Virus record (IMG/VR): IMGVR_UViG_3300031885_000006
Span: 1 to 64,000 of that record
Strand: one strand, 5' to 3'
Source of the DNA: a virus
DNA length: 64,000 nucleotides
The position numbers were made by a program, and so were the translations under genes. Under the pieces are notes generated by a model. It was not told where the DNA came from. It ran no database searches and saw nothing but the letters and a program-made list of their open reading frames with translations. Shown in pieces: positions 27,619 to 38,000 of the stretch (position 1 is the first letter of the stretch; each line of letters starts with the position of its first letter).

Positions 27619-28578
27619 TCAAAAAAGTCCTTTTTCAAATTGTTTTTTTACCTCCGAATCGCCATATAAAAAGAACCTTTCAATCAAAAACAATTTAGCC
27701 TCAAACAACTCTTTATTGTCTTTTACATCAGAATGCGATAATCCGCAAATAACAAAAAAATCTTTAATGCTTTTGATTGCGGATAAATCAACTGGCATCT
27801 TAGATTTTTTTGAAATTTCTATAAATTGTATAAAGAATTTAACCCAAGATCTGACTGCTCGGGCATCTAGCGTACCTTCCGGCATGCGGAATTCAACAGT
27901 TTTTTTGAGATTTAAATAAACTGGTGGGTCAAAAGGATGAAATGTAGATTCGTAATACAAAGCTGCGGCGACATTCACCGTATTTAAAGTGACTTTCTTT
28001 TGCCGATTTTCATGCGGACTATATTGATTGGGCTTTAATTTATTCCACACCTCTTCCGCTTCATATTTTTTACTTTTAGCTATTTTTCTAGATTTGCTAA
28101 TCAACTTGCAAAAATAATTATCCACTCGATGAGGAGGCATTAAATTGCACAGCATGCCCTCAATCTTCATCCATCGAGACAATAAAACGCCCAATTCTGC
28201 TGGGGTGAAATCGCTCACGCAACAATGAATGTGAAAACCACAATTAACATTAGGCAAACAAATCGCAGATAAGCTTTGAGCCACTTGGCTTATATGATTT
28301 AAATCATTATCGCCTGCCGCAACAAAAGAAGCGACTTCCCAGCCATGATCGGCATATTTAGTCTTGCCATCAGCATGTTCTACTTTGCCAATAGGACCGC
28401 ATGTTCTATCAAATTTAACATGCCAGTAATTATTGTTAGTTGTTTGTGCCCAAGACGAATTAACAACTATCTCACGACTAGAGCATTTTTTAATTGTATC
28501 TTCTATTTGTTGTTGTGTTTTTTCATTACCAACTTCAAATTCTACGCCGAATTTACGAGCTTCTCTAACATTAGCCAT
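27619..28578 (-). CDS. putative amidoligase (COOH-NH2 ligase)
   Basis: FGVEFE, GWEVAS, CGFHIH, TVEFR. Confidence 0.75.
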   Translation of the reverse strand: MANVREARKFGVEFEVGNEKTQQQIEDTIKKCSSREIVVNSSWAQTTNNNYWHVKFDRTCGPIGKVEHADGKTKYADHGWEVASFVAAGDNDLNHISQVAQSLSAICLPNVNCGFHIHCCVSDFTPAELGVLLSRWMKIEGMLCNLMPPHRVDNYFCKLISKSRKIAKSKKYEAEEVWNKLKPNQYSPHENRQKKVTLNTVNVAAALYYESTFHPFDPPVYLNLKKTVEFRMPEGTLDARAVRSWVKFFIQFIEISKKSKMPVDLSAIKSIKDFFVICGLSHSDVKDNKELFEAKLFLIERFFLYGDSEVKKQFEKGLF

Positions 28579-28631
28579 AAAATGAACTCCTATGTCATCA
28601 AGGCTAATGCAAAACTACAAATAAATCAATA

Positions 28632-28865
28632 TTAATTACGATCTAAAAATCTCGGATCATATGTTTGAGCCCCTTCAATATCAACCAATCCACTATCCAT
28701 AGATCTTGTTGTTTTTTGAGCATTACTCGGTGGCTCCTCATTCAACGCATCCATCCTTTTTTCAAAGGACACAACAAAGTTGGCCAAAAAAGAAGCAATT
28801 CCAATATTAAATATCAAAATCAATAAAGTTAAAAATAAAATAAACCAAAGCAAAACAATTTCCAT
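28632..28865 (-). CDS. small membrane protein
   Basis: N-terminal TM segment. Confidence 0.55.
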   Translation of the reverse strand: MEIVLLWFILFLTLLILIFNIGIASFLANFVVSFEKRMDALNEEPPSNAQKTTRSMDSGLVDIEGAQTYDPRFLDRN

Positions 28866-28876
28866 TTTTTACCTTT

Positions 28877-30919
28877 CTAATTATAAAAAATAGGCTTTAT
28901 ATCAAGGGTCTTATCGGTACTTGGCAAACTATTTTCAAATATGTTGATCGACAAATTAGGATTTTTTTCCCAAGTCTTGCCAACAAACAAACCAACATTA
29001 TCATATAAAATAGAATCTCGAATAACCAAATCTTCAGGAAGCACAACAGATTTAGTTTGCGTATTTATTTTAAATGTAAATTTCAAAACATTATTATTGC
29101 AAGTAGGAGCAGTCGGAAATGTATAAAGAATTCTTGTTTCTGTTTGCTCGCTATTCAAAACCCTCTTAATAAGTACCGAGAATCTCCACAATGTTGACCC
29201 CAAAGTTTCAGAGCCGATTTCATTACTGCAACCCCATTCAAATAATATAGACCATTTTTCATTAGAATTGCTGCCAATGCCATTAAAATGGTAATTGGCA
29301 CGCCAAACATTGTCAAGCTTATTGTAAATCAAAACCAATTGTTCTGAAAGAGTTAAATTATTTCTAGCCAAAAATGATTTCAAACTAACGCCAGTATCGA
29401 TATTGTGAGACATTAACAATAAATTAGGAATAGGATCACAACCGCAACTAGCATTGACATTGGCAATGTCTGGTGCAAAATTAGTAAGTGCAACATCGAT
29501 TGGATAAACTGGCTCGATAGACAATAATACAGCCTCTGAATTTATATCAACGTCAAATATTCCCAATGCAGCAAAATCCGTGTCTGCCGATCCGCCTAAT
29601 GTCAAATATCCTGAAGATCTAGTGTGCCATGTCGGACTATATCCAATCAACATTTCTCCACCCAATGTTAGGCCGCCAGATGCAACAGAAAAATTCGATT
29701 GAGTAGAAAGACTTGTTGATCCCACTGTTAAAGAGCCAACTGGGACATAATGAAAATGCAAATTAGATGACCCAGATAAAGACAGGCCAGAAGTGGGCAC
29801 ATAATGCCATGTTTTAAATTTCAAAAGAGGACTGCCGCTTAAAGTCAAACCACCAACAGCAGTATAAGAAAATCTGTTAGACTTAAAGCTATTTAATCCA
29901 GATAACGTTAAACCACCCGAAGAAGAAGTTCTAAATCTAGCATGTGTTATAGTAGAACTGCCCCGCAATAGAACTCCACCAAAAGGTGGAGAGTAACGAT
30001 ATTTAGAACGAATTATTGCGGAGCCTCTTAAATTCAAGGTTCCATTGCCGACATAATGGTGATTTGGAGATACAACCAATGGCGTTCCCGATACCGTTAA
30101 ACCACCATTGCCCGTGTAGCTCCAAACATTAGAACTTAATTCACCTTCCCCAGCTAACGTCAAACTTCCAGAAGCAACATATTGTTGGGCACTAGATGTA
30201 ATGCCAGCAGATCCGCCCAAAACGAGCCCGCCACCAGCATCTATTTTTCGATCCACATCTAAATCAAAAGAACCACCTAACGTCAAGCCGCCCTTGGCCT
30301 CATAATTATAAAATCTATCTTGCAATACCGCAGTCATACCCAAGCTAATTACAACATCTTCGTCCAAGCAAAAATCAAAACATTCTGGAATATGGCAGAA
30401 CATTTGATCGTCTAGCGTATTACAGGTGTTGTCGATTCCCAAAGCAGCCTGGGCAGCAATATCTGTTGTTCTTACGGGTCTACTCCAACGACGAATTCTT
30501 GCAATTGGCCAATTGCTTGGATAATTCAACAAAGGCTCTTTCATTTTGGTGCATAGATCCGCCAAATCGGTAGCTGCTATGACTGTTAAAAATCTTTGTC
30601 CATCAGCACATTTATCATCATTGATATTAAAACTAGTAGCCTCGCAGGTAGGTGGTGTGCAACGACCTTCAATTTGATAATATCTCAAAATTTGATTGCC
30701 AACATCCCAGGCACTTTCCATGCTTATTTCAATAGCAGCCAATGAATCCCAAGAAAACTGCTGGGATACCAAAAAATACCCAGTAAAAATAACAGGATCA
30801 AAAGCATCATTAAATAAAGTTAATCCACCACTGCCAACATAGTTGAAACTAGTAAAAGTTTCACCTGAACAGCTTAGAACTGCCTCTGAAAATAGATCTG
30901 CGGTTGCGAGTAGTGTCAT
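28877..30919 (-). CDS. putative virion structural protein with repeated GGLTLxGS units
   Basis: more than 10 Y..xGGLTLxGS repeats of ~20 aa. Confidence 0.6.
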   Translation of the reverse strand: MTLLATADLFSEAVLSCSGETFTSFNYVGSGGLTLFNDAFDPVIFTGYFLVSQQFSWDSLAAIEISMESAWDVGNQILRYYQIEGRCTPPTCEATSFNINDDKCADGQRFLTVIAATDLADLCTKMKEPLLNYPSNWPIARIRRWSRPVRTTDIAAQAALGIDNTCNTLDDQMFCHIPECFDFCLDEDVVISLGMTAVLQDRFYNYEAKGGLTLGGSFDLDVDRKIDAGGGLVLGGSAGITSSAQQYVASGSLTLAGEGELSSNVWSYTGNGGLTVSGTPLVVSPNHHYVGNGTLNLRGSAIIRSKYRYSPPFGGVLLRGSSTITHARFRTSSSGGLTLSGLNSFKSNRFSYTAVGGLTLSGSPLLKFKTWHYVPTSGLSLSGSSNLHFHYVPVGSLTVGSTSLSTQSNFSVASGGLTLGGEMLIGYSPTWHTRSSGYLTLGGSADTDFAALGIFDVDINSEAVLLSIEPVYPIDVALTNFAPDIANVNASCGCDPIPNLLLMSHNIDTGVSLKSFLARNNLTLSEQLVLIYNKLDNVWRANYHFNGIGSNSNEKWSILFEWGCSNEIGSETLGSTLWRFSVLIKRVLNSEQTETRILYTFPTAPTCNNNVLKFTFKINTQTKSVVLPEDLVIRDSILYDNVGLFVGKTWEKNPNLSINIFENSLPSTDKTLDIKPIFYN

Positions 30920-30991
30920 TAGGGCCTTTTTAATTTAACGATAGTATATCTATTAAATTCAGGCGATTTATATTGAAATAATGACTAAGAG

Positions 30992-31666
30992 TTATTCACC
31001 TAATCTATCAAGAATTTTGCCTATTAATGGATGTCGTACAATTGAATCATTTTCAAATTTAACAATACCGACACCTGGAACGTTTTCTAATCTATAAATA
31101 ACGTCGCTTAAGGCACATGTTGTTCCGCCAAGATCACTCTGAGTTGGGTCGCCAGTAATGATAATTTTGCTATCTTCTCCAAATCTTGTCAAAAACAACT
31201 TCAACTGCATTAAAGAACAATTCTGGGCTTCGTCTAATATACAAACAGAATTATCAAAAGTTCTGCCTCTTAAATAGGCAAGAGGTGCCACTTCTGAAGC
31301 TGCGGTAATTACGTCTCTTTGAGGATTGTCTTCTCCAACTAACTTCTTAATAGAATCATACAAAGGCATCATATAAGGATTTACTTTTTCTTGAAAATCT
31401 CCTGGCAAATAGCCCAAAGACTCTCCAGATTCCACAATAGGTCTTGTCAAAATGATTCTTTTTTTGTTCTTTTGCAACACCTCATTTATGGCAAAAGCTG
31501 TGGCAAGAAAGGTTTTTCCAGTACCGGCTGGACCTGTTAGAAAAAGCACATCATGTTGTTGAAAACCAGCCCAGGCTAGTTTTTGAATAGAATTTTTGAA
31601 TTCGATGTGGAATCTACCCTGCCCCTTAGACTTAGTTGCAGGTGTCTTCTCATGTGATTTTGCCAT
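30992..31666 (-). CDS. phoH: PhoH family protein
   Basis: GPAGTGKT, LGYLPG, RGRTF, DEAQN, VRHP. Confidence 0.95.
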   Translation of the reverse strand: MAKSHEKTPATKSKGQGRFHIEFKNSIQKLAWAGFQQHDVLFLTGPAGTGKTFLATAFAINEVLQKNKKRIILTRPIVESGESLGYLPGDFQEKVNPYMMPLYDSIKKLVGEDNPQRDVITAASEVAPLAYLRGRTFDNSVCILDEAQNCSLMQLKLFLTRFGEDSKIIITGDPTQSDLGGTTCALSDVIYRLENVPGVGIVKFENDSIVRHPLIGKILDRLGE

Positions 31667-31690
31667 GCTTTATTTATAGTTACTATCAAT

Positions 31691-31723
31691 AAAAAAAGCA
31701 CAAGAAAGTCTTGTGCTTTTTTT
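31691..31723. terminator. intrinsic terminator
   Basis: AAAAAAAGCACAAGA..TCTTGTGCTTTTTTT. Confidence 0.75.
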
Positions 31724-31737
31724 ATTTAAAAGGAAAT

Positions 31738-32150
31738 AGTCCCCCCATTACCAGTATGGGACTCGTTTTTCAGATATAATTGCTTATATCTACGAGATTA
31801 AGAGGAATTGAACGTCGTTTAAAGGATTTGACATCAGTCTGAGTATTTCTTAAAGAACGACCAGATTAAGAAATTGTCGCAACAACCCTTCTTTTTGTTC
31901 AAATATCTTAAAAGTGTTTTCCTTGTTAAATTGTAGCTCTGGCTCGCCACCGAAGTGGAGTTTCAGTCAAGTTTCAACCAATTACCCACGGCTGATCGGG
32001 ATGGCAATGTAGTATGCCAACGACTGTTTTCATATCGGGGACATGAAAACCATCCCACTAGTTCAGTTCATAGTAGAACCACGAATTTTACACCAGTGCG
32101 GCGATGCATATTTTTAAATGTCCTGCATGGGGACACCCCAAAGGGCCTGA
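31738..32150 (-). ncRNA. candidate large structured ncRNA
   Basis: ORF-poor intergenic region with several perfect hairpins, including CCAC-TTCG-GTGG; terminator downstream. Confidence 0.45.
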
Positions 32151-32207
32151 CTATCAATATTATAAATGAATTAATGGCAAATTTGCAAGTGCTTTTCTAC
32201 ATATTAT

Positions 32208-32696
32208 ATGGAAAATCTCAATTTCAAACATTTTTTAGAGTCTGCTGAAAAAGAATTCAAGGATGACATCAAACAGACACTTAATAAAATACCAGCCAGC
32301 CACAAAAAGCTAGTGCATGACTACAAATTTAAGTCAGAAGGTGGAAACACACTTAAAGGAGATCAAAAGCATGTGGGTGAAATTGACGAGAAAAAGAAGC
32401 ACATAAAAGTCGCCGCACCCTACAATTACAGCAGAGAGACAACCATTTTACATGAGATAGCTCATGCAGTCTGGAAATTCGTTCTTACTCCAGATTTAAA
32501 AAAACAGTGGTCGCACCTTCTTAAAAAGACCAAAGACGAACACAAAGATAAAACTAACAAAGCTGCCAAAGACTCATTAGATCAAAATGATGAGGAGATC
32601 TTTTGCATGTCATATGCGAACGCCTACACAAAACACAAAAACGCCACCTATAATCATGACGCATGGGATAACTTCATAAAAGCGTTGCCAAAATAA
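32208..32696 (+). CDS. zincin-like HExxH protein
   Basis: TILHEIAHA followed by EE..C. Confidence 0.65.
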   Translation: MENLNFKHFLESAEKEFKDDIKQTLNKIPASHKKLVHDYKFKSEGGNTLKGDQKHVGEIDEKKKHIKVAAPYNYSRETTILHEIAHAVWKFVLTPDLKKQWSHLLKKTKDEHKDKTNKAAKDSLDQNDEEIFCMSYANAYTKHKNATYNHDAWDNFIKALPK

Positions 32697-32710
32697 ACCA
32701 AGGTATAATT

Positions 32711-33583
32711 ATGAATTTCAGTATGTGGCTAGAAAATGAAGCAGATGAATTAGAACATCAAGCAGCCGATTTTATTTTTTCCAAAATAAAACAAGCATGG
32801 CAGTTATCAATTCAAAATAAACAGCCAATTCGATCTATTATGCCGCAAATTTGGACCAACAATATGCGTGGTATCAAGTATTTCCTTCCTAACGATCAAT
32901 TTCCGTCATTATCCCAAATAGCAATTCGATTTCCTCCTTCAACAGATGAATCAGACACAATCAGAATGCATGGACAAGTGGTTGAATTTAATTTTTCTTT
33001 AAAAAAATTAGACGATGCAAAAAATGAACAAGAATCACAACAGGCACTTAATTCAATTGGTGGAACAATACATCACGAAATCACTCATTTGCACCATAAA
33101 GGAGCAGATTTAGACTCCAGCGATACGAGTGGGGGCTCAGATGGACAAGCAGAAAGAGCCATTAAATATATGATGTCGCCGGGTGAACTACAAGCACATG
33201 CGAAAGAATATGCTTTTGCGTGGAATCGACTATTCCCAAATCAAGCATTTAATCCACAACAATTTGTTCAACAAGTCATACCCCAAATCGCCAATAAAAA
33301 CAAAGCAACAAATTATTTCGTGGCATTTGCAGACCCCATCAAACAAAACAAATGGAAAGCAAAAAATTTAGATTTGGCCTCTGCCTACGGCCAAATAGTC
33401 AAAACCACATCTAATTATGTGACCGCTTTCAATCAAAAATCTCAACCTCAACAATCTCCAATCGACATCGGTGCAAACAGCAATTGGCAACAAAACCTAG
33501 CCAAGCTAAAATCAATGGGAGTAGACCCTGAACGAGAAAATTGGAGCCGAGGGGAGATAATTAGAGGCAGGAAAAATAAATAG
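32711..33583 (+). CDS. HExxH protein
   Basis: HHEITHL..Y...PGELQAHA. Confidence 0.65.
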   Translation: MNFSMWLENEADELEHQAADFIFSKIKQAWQLSIQNKQPIRSIMPQIWTNNMRGIKYFLPNDQFPSLSQIAIRFPPSTDESDTIRMHGQVVEFNFSLKKLDDAKNEQESQQALNSIGGTIHHEITHLHHKGADLDSSDTSGGSDGQAERAIKYMMSPGELQAHAKEYAFAWNRLFPNQAFNPQQFVQQVIPQIANKNKATNYFVAFADPIKQNKWKAKNLDLASAYGQIVKTTSNYVTAFNQKSQPQQSPIDIGANSNWQQNLAKLKSMGVDPERENWSRGEIIRGRKNK

Positions 33584-33589
33584 AGTTCC

Positions 33590-33617
33590 TTCACAATCCT
33601 AAAATCTGTGGTATAAT
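33590..33617 (+). promoter_or_regulatory. promoter TTCACA-N16-TATAAT
   Basis: recurrent motif upstream of the RNA ligase. Confidence 0.65.
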
Positions 33618-33619
33618 CA

Positions 33620-35002
33620 ATGAGCATAAAAAAACTCGATTTGAATTTTAGGTTGTTTATAATGAGCGAATACAATACCACTCAATCTCAAAAAGACAAT
33701 ATCCGCACGATCATTCAGAAGCTAATCGCTGATGATAAACGCTGGTTTATCGACAATCTCATTATTGTTGGCGATAAAGGTCCATATTGGATTTTGAATT
33801 ACCAGCAGGGCGGTCGCAACGAATTCAACCAATTGGTTCGTGGTATGGTAGTAGCTAAACCGCCAGCAAACTTTCATGGCGACCTATTATCGCTAATCAA
33901 ATCCTTCCCATTCATCCGATTCTATAATCAGGGTGAAGGCGATGCTGCGCATGTTGACTTCTCCAATGCAGAAATGCTTGAGAAAATGGACGGCACGATG
34001 GTTGGTGCGTTCTTCCCAACGGGAGATCCAACTAAGCCGGAATTCCACACTCGCAAAATGATGTCAACTCATGAGCCAGACGTGTCACGACAAATGACTA
34101 CGTTCCAGGGCAAAGACGCTAAGTTTTTACCAACCATTCGCCCTTATGTCGATCAATTGAAATTCACTCAGAAGGATGTGGACTACACATACGTCTTTGA
34201 GTTCTTGCATGAGATTTCGTATGTTCTCACCAAATATCAGCCGCACCAGTATGGCTTGTATTTGTTGGGTGCCCGAAATATCAAAACTCACCAAGAAATG
34301 AATGAAGATGAATTAGATCAAACCGCAAAACGACTTGGAGCAAACCGTCCTCGCCGTTTTGTATTGGGAAATAAAACTTCACAACCAGATCCTATGTTCG
34401 GGGCAGAACGTAGTGGCGCTAAAATCGCAACGCATGCGGAAATTGAAAAAATGTTCCAAGATGCGGCGGCTGAAACTCCAGACTTTGAGGGCTTCGTTTT
34501 CCGAGATAAACAAAGCGGAAATCGAGTCAAAGTTAAAGATCCAAAATATGTAGAAAAACATCACTTGTTAGACAGCCTGTCTTACAAGCGGCTTATTCCT
34601 CTATTGCTTAAGGGAGAAGAAGAAGAGATAGTGGCTTACTTCCCTCAGGCAAAAGAGCGTATCGAGGAAATTAAAACTGCCTACAACAAATATCTCAACA
34701 ACGTTGTCGATACCGTCCAAGCATGGCAGCGGTCGGGTTTTGTAGGTAAAGAATTAGCTTTAAGAATTTTCGGACCAGAAAGTTCTGCTATGGATAAATT
34801 CACCAAGAATATGTCCAAAAAATTTAATGACGTGCGAGATGTAGATGCGATTCGCAATGGCGTAGACGCACAACTTAAACAAATTGCTTTAGGCACCGGC
34901 AAAGATGGAGGTGGTGGTAGCCCAAAACGATTAATTGAGCTAATTGGATTGCATGACGATGAAGAAGAAGAAAATAACAACCCTAATGTAGGCGAACTAT
35001 GA
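33620..35002 (+). CDS. T4 Rnl1-like RNA ligase
   Basis: RG..PF.RFYN, EKMDGT, FE, EGFV, KVK motifs. Confidence 0.85.
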   Translation: MSIKKLDLNFRLFIMSEYNTTQSQKDNIRTIIQKLIADDKRWFIDNLIIVGDKGPYWILNYQQGGRNEFNQLVRGMVVAKPPANFHGDLLSLIKSFPFIRFYNQGEGDAAHVDFSNAEMLEKMDGTMVGAFFPTGDPTKPEFHTRKMMSTHEPDVSRQMTTFQGKDAKFLPTIRPYVDQLKFTQKDVDYTYVFEFLHEISYVLTKYQPHQYGLYLLGARNIKTHQEMNEDELDQTAKRLGANRPRRFVLGNKTSQPDPMFGAERSGAKIATHAEIEKMFQDAAAETPDFEGFVFRDKQSGNRVKVKDPKYVEKHHLLDSLSYKRLIPLLLKGEEEEIVAYFPQAKERIEEIKTAYNKYLNNVVDTVQAWQRSGFVGKELALRIFGPESSAMDKFTKNMSKKFNDVRDVDAIRNGVDAQLKQIALGTGKDGGGGSPKRLIELIGLHDDEEEENNNPNVGEL

Positions 35003-35745
35003 TACGGATAAAAACAGCAGAACAAATTGAAGGCATTAGAAAAAGCAGCCAATTGGCCGCTCAAACCCTTGTGCATCTTGAACAATTTGCTCAACCGGGT
35101 GTTTCCACAGCCACAATTGATCAAGAAGCCGATACGTATATTCGTGATCATGGTGCCATTCCAGCATGCTTGGGATATCGTGGATTTCCAAAATCCATTT
35201 GCACATCTCTAAACGAGGTCATTTGTCATGGCATCCCTTCAGAATATATTCTGAAGGAGGGCGACATTCTCAATATCGATGTCACCACCATTTTAGATGG
35301 TTATTTTGGAGATACCTGTAAAATGTATCCAATTGGAGCAATCACATCAAAAGCCCAAGGATTGCTAGAGACCACCAAGGAATGTCTTGAACTTGGAATT
35401 AAAGAGTGCAAACCAAACAATCTCTTCGGAAACATTGGCTTTGCTATCAACAAACATGCCACCAGTCTTGGCTTTTCTGTAGTTTATCAATTCGTAGGTC
35501 ATGGAGTTGGCCTAGAATTCCATGAAGAACCAAACATCAATCATGTCGCCAGAAGAAACACTGGTGAGGTTATGCGGGCAGGAATGATCTTTACCATTGA
35601 ACCTATGATTTGTACAAAGGCTCCCGATGCCGTCATTCTAGAAGATGGATGGACCGCTGTAACTAAAGATGGCGGATTATCTGCACAATATGAACACACC
35701 ATCTTGATTACAGATGATGGTCATGAAGTTCTTACATTATTGTAA
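34999..35745 (+). CDS. map: type I methionine aminopeptidase
   Basis: CHGIP, GHGVG..FHEEP, TIEPM, SAQYEHT. Confidence 0.95.
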   Translation: MIRIKTAEQIEGIRKSSQLAAQTLVHLEQFAQPGVSTATIDQEADTYIRDHGAIPACLGYRGFPKSICTSLNEVICHGIPSEYILKEGDILNIDVTTILDGYFGDTCKMYPIGAITSKAQGLLETTKECLELGIKECKPNNLFGNIGFAINKHATSLGFSVVYQFVGHGVGLEFHEEPNINHVARRNTGEVMRAGMIFTIEPMICTKAPDAVILEDGWTAVTKDGGLSAQYEHTILITDDGHEVLTLL

Positions 35746-35882
35746 TTTTAATTCGGCCTTGCAATTGTAAAGGGAGGCACAAATGGACCCGGTGGTTTTA
35801 TAATTTTAAATTGATCTAAAATCAAAACAACAGCTATACACAAAATAAATAAAACCAAAAACCCTTTCATATTCCCTCCTGA

Positions 35883-36653
35883 TTACAATACATTTTTTAC
35901 TGTTTCAGTTTGTATATCTCTTAGCAATTGTGGCAATGTGACCATTGCGGCTTCTGTAAGGCGTTCAAATTCATTGATATCCAAGCTGAAAATCTTATAA
36001 TGATGTGCGATAGGATTTTTCATAACTTGTGGCTTATAGCCATGATGTTGAGCCTTTAAAGTGGTAATAAAAGACGGTCCAATCATTGGAAGTCTCTCAG
36101 GGAACGGACCACAATCCTCCCAACATTCTCTGGTGAACATAACCAGCCACTCTCTGATAAAGTCTACTTTCTTTTGCTGCAAAAAGTAGCTTTGCATTTC
36201 CAAGCCTACCAAGCCAGCTTTTTGTGATTCACAAATAGCCGTCAAAAGATCTAACCAGCTTGGATTTTCAATTACTACATCGCAATGCATAAACACAAGA
36301 TATTTAGAATTTTTATCCGCTGCTTCTGCCCCTTTATTGGCCGCTGCTGACCAATAGAGATTCTTTTCATTTCTAATTACTTTAACTTCGCCCTCAATAT
36401 CATCAAGAAACTCTTGGCTTTCCTGATCCGATCCATTGTCAACAACGATTAATTCATAATTGTTATTGAAGCTTGTAACCGCAATCGATTGCAAACAGAT
36501 GTTTAAATGTGCCGGGCGATCTTTATGCACAATAATGATTGATACTTGCTCATCTGTGCCATCATGCAAATTAATATTTAATTCAGGGCGATCTCCCTCT
36601 AATGGGTTCCATGATTGATTGGGATTTGATCCATGCTTAATACTGTCGCTCAT
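35883..36653 (-). CDS. glycosyltransferase family 2
   Basis: VSIII, LIVVDNGS, NxG. Confidence 0.8.
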   Translation of the reverse strand: MSDSIKHGSNPNQSWNPLEGDRPELNINLHDGTDEQVSIIIVHKDRPAHLNICLQSIAVTSFNNNYELIVVDNGSDQESQEFLDDIEGEVKVIRNEKNLYWSAAANKGAEAADKNSKYLVFMHCDVVIENPSWLDLLTAICESQKAGLVGLEMQSYFLQQKKVDFIREWLVMFTRECWEDCGPFPERLPMIGPSFITTLKAQHHGYKPQVMKNPIAHHYKIFSLDINEFERLTEAAMVTLPQLLRDIQTETVKNVL

Positions 36654-36901
36654 ATTTCTCCTTTTTCTAATTCAACTTCGAAGACACCTAATTCGCAATG
36701 ACATGACACCTCTCCATGTTCTGTTTTCAAGGTAACAGGCACTGCGTTTCCGTCTTTTGTATATTGTGCTTTTAAAACATATAGAAAATCATTTGCTTTT
36801 TCCTCTGTTTCAAAAGCCCGCTGTGTTTGCACAAACACCCATTCTCCATGAATTTGTCTGGCAACTGACATGACCACAAAAATTTTCATTATTTGTTCCA
36901 A
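36650..36901 (-). CDS. hypothetical protein
   Basis: ORF track. Confidence 0.55.
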   Translation of the reverse strand: MEQIMKIFVVMSVARQIHGEWVFVQTQRAFETEEKANDFLYVLKAQYTKDGNAVPVTLKTEHGEVSCHCELGVFEVELEKGEI

Positions 36902-37362
36902 TCAAAAAAGTAAACTGGCTCCAACCATATTTGGGCAACACTTTCTTGATGAGAAATAACCAAGGGTGTTTCTTGTCCAATATTGGTAAGCATTAATTTC
37001 AATCTATCATCTTCAATAAAAGCATGTGTAATTAACAATCCTCGATTAGCCCAGGCTTTTTTAGCCTCTGCTTTAACTTTAAATCCAGCAGGCACCTTAA
37101 TGGTAAATCCGCAATCTAAAACTTGAACTGTTCTGTGATTCAATCTTACTGCTTGAACGCCTTGATGATTCAAAGCAGGAACCACCACTCGAACATCTGC
37201 TACATTTGTTTCTTTGTAAACAGGGATAAAAATACTCTCTTCTGAACTTATCTCTGTGGCAATAGAAAATAGATTAGGAGCAGTATATTTCTCGCAAATG
37301 GATTTCTTGACTGCCGTGCTGACTTTGCCCTTGGGCTTAACTTTAGGTTTTGTAGTTGCCAT
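36889..37362 (-). CDS. dUTPase-fold protein, degenerate
   Basis: CGFTIKVPAG, LTN, VAQ layout; catalytic motifs altered. Confidence 0.55.
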   Translation of the reverse strand: MATTKPKVKPKGKVSTAVKKSICEKYTAPNLFSIATEISSEESIFIPVYKETNVADVRVVVPALNHQGVQAVRLNHRTVQVLDCGFTIKVPAGFKVKAEAKKAWANRGLLITHAFIEDDRLKLMLTNIGQETPLVISHQESVAQIWLEPVYFFDWNK

Positions 37363-37965
37363 TATTCTTCTTCTTTCTTTGGCTTACTGATACGTTCTAT
37401 ATGTCGTTGAATATCTTTGAAAAACCCTTCATACGTATTAACTGGCATTCTTGTTATGGCTTTGATTAATTTTTCTTCCATGTCGGCTGTGTAGCCTTTT
37501 TGCTTAATCAAATTAATTGCTTTAACAAGTGTTAATTTTGGTCTAGAATTCAAAGAATTAGCTCCTGGTACATTGACTTTAAAATTGAAGCTTTCGGGCA
37601 TCGGGTTTCCCTTCTTCTGCTGTTTTTTTGGCTTGCATTACACTATCCAGAGCATCTAACGGCACTGTTGTATTCTGAGTATTTGACTTCTTTTTATTTA
37701 ATATTTCCAGTATTGCACTGCCCATTTTGGTGTCATTGATGTTACAAAATTTTTGATCGTATACTATACTTTCGTAAAAATCCAAATAAACTAACGATGT
37801 GCCTGTTTCGCCGGTGGTTGCCAGCCATTTTGTGGCCATTGGCTGCAAATTAGACATCCTAATAATAGTATATTCTGCACCTGATGATTTGTGTTCTTCT
37901 AAACCATCCATAGATAATTTAATATTTGCTTCGTGTTTAAAGTGTGCTTTTTCTTCCATATTCAT
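37362..37965 (-). CDS. two hypothetical ORFs (37362-37601, 37579-37965)
   Basis: ORF track. Confidence 0.55.
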
Positions 37966-38000
37966 CCTAAATACTTATGCCTTTTTAATAGAGTGAGCAA

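Noticed and set aside
31738-32150. tmRNA or RNase P RNA
   Set aside because: No tRNA-like ends or tag frame, and no RNase P P4 consensus recognised
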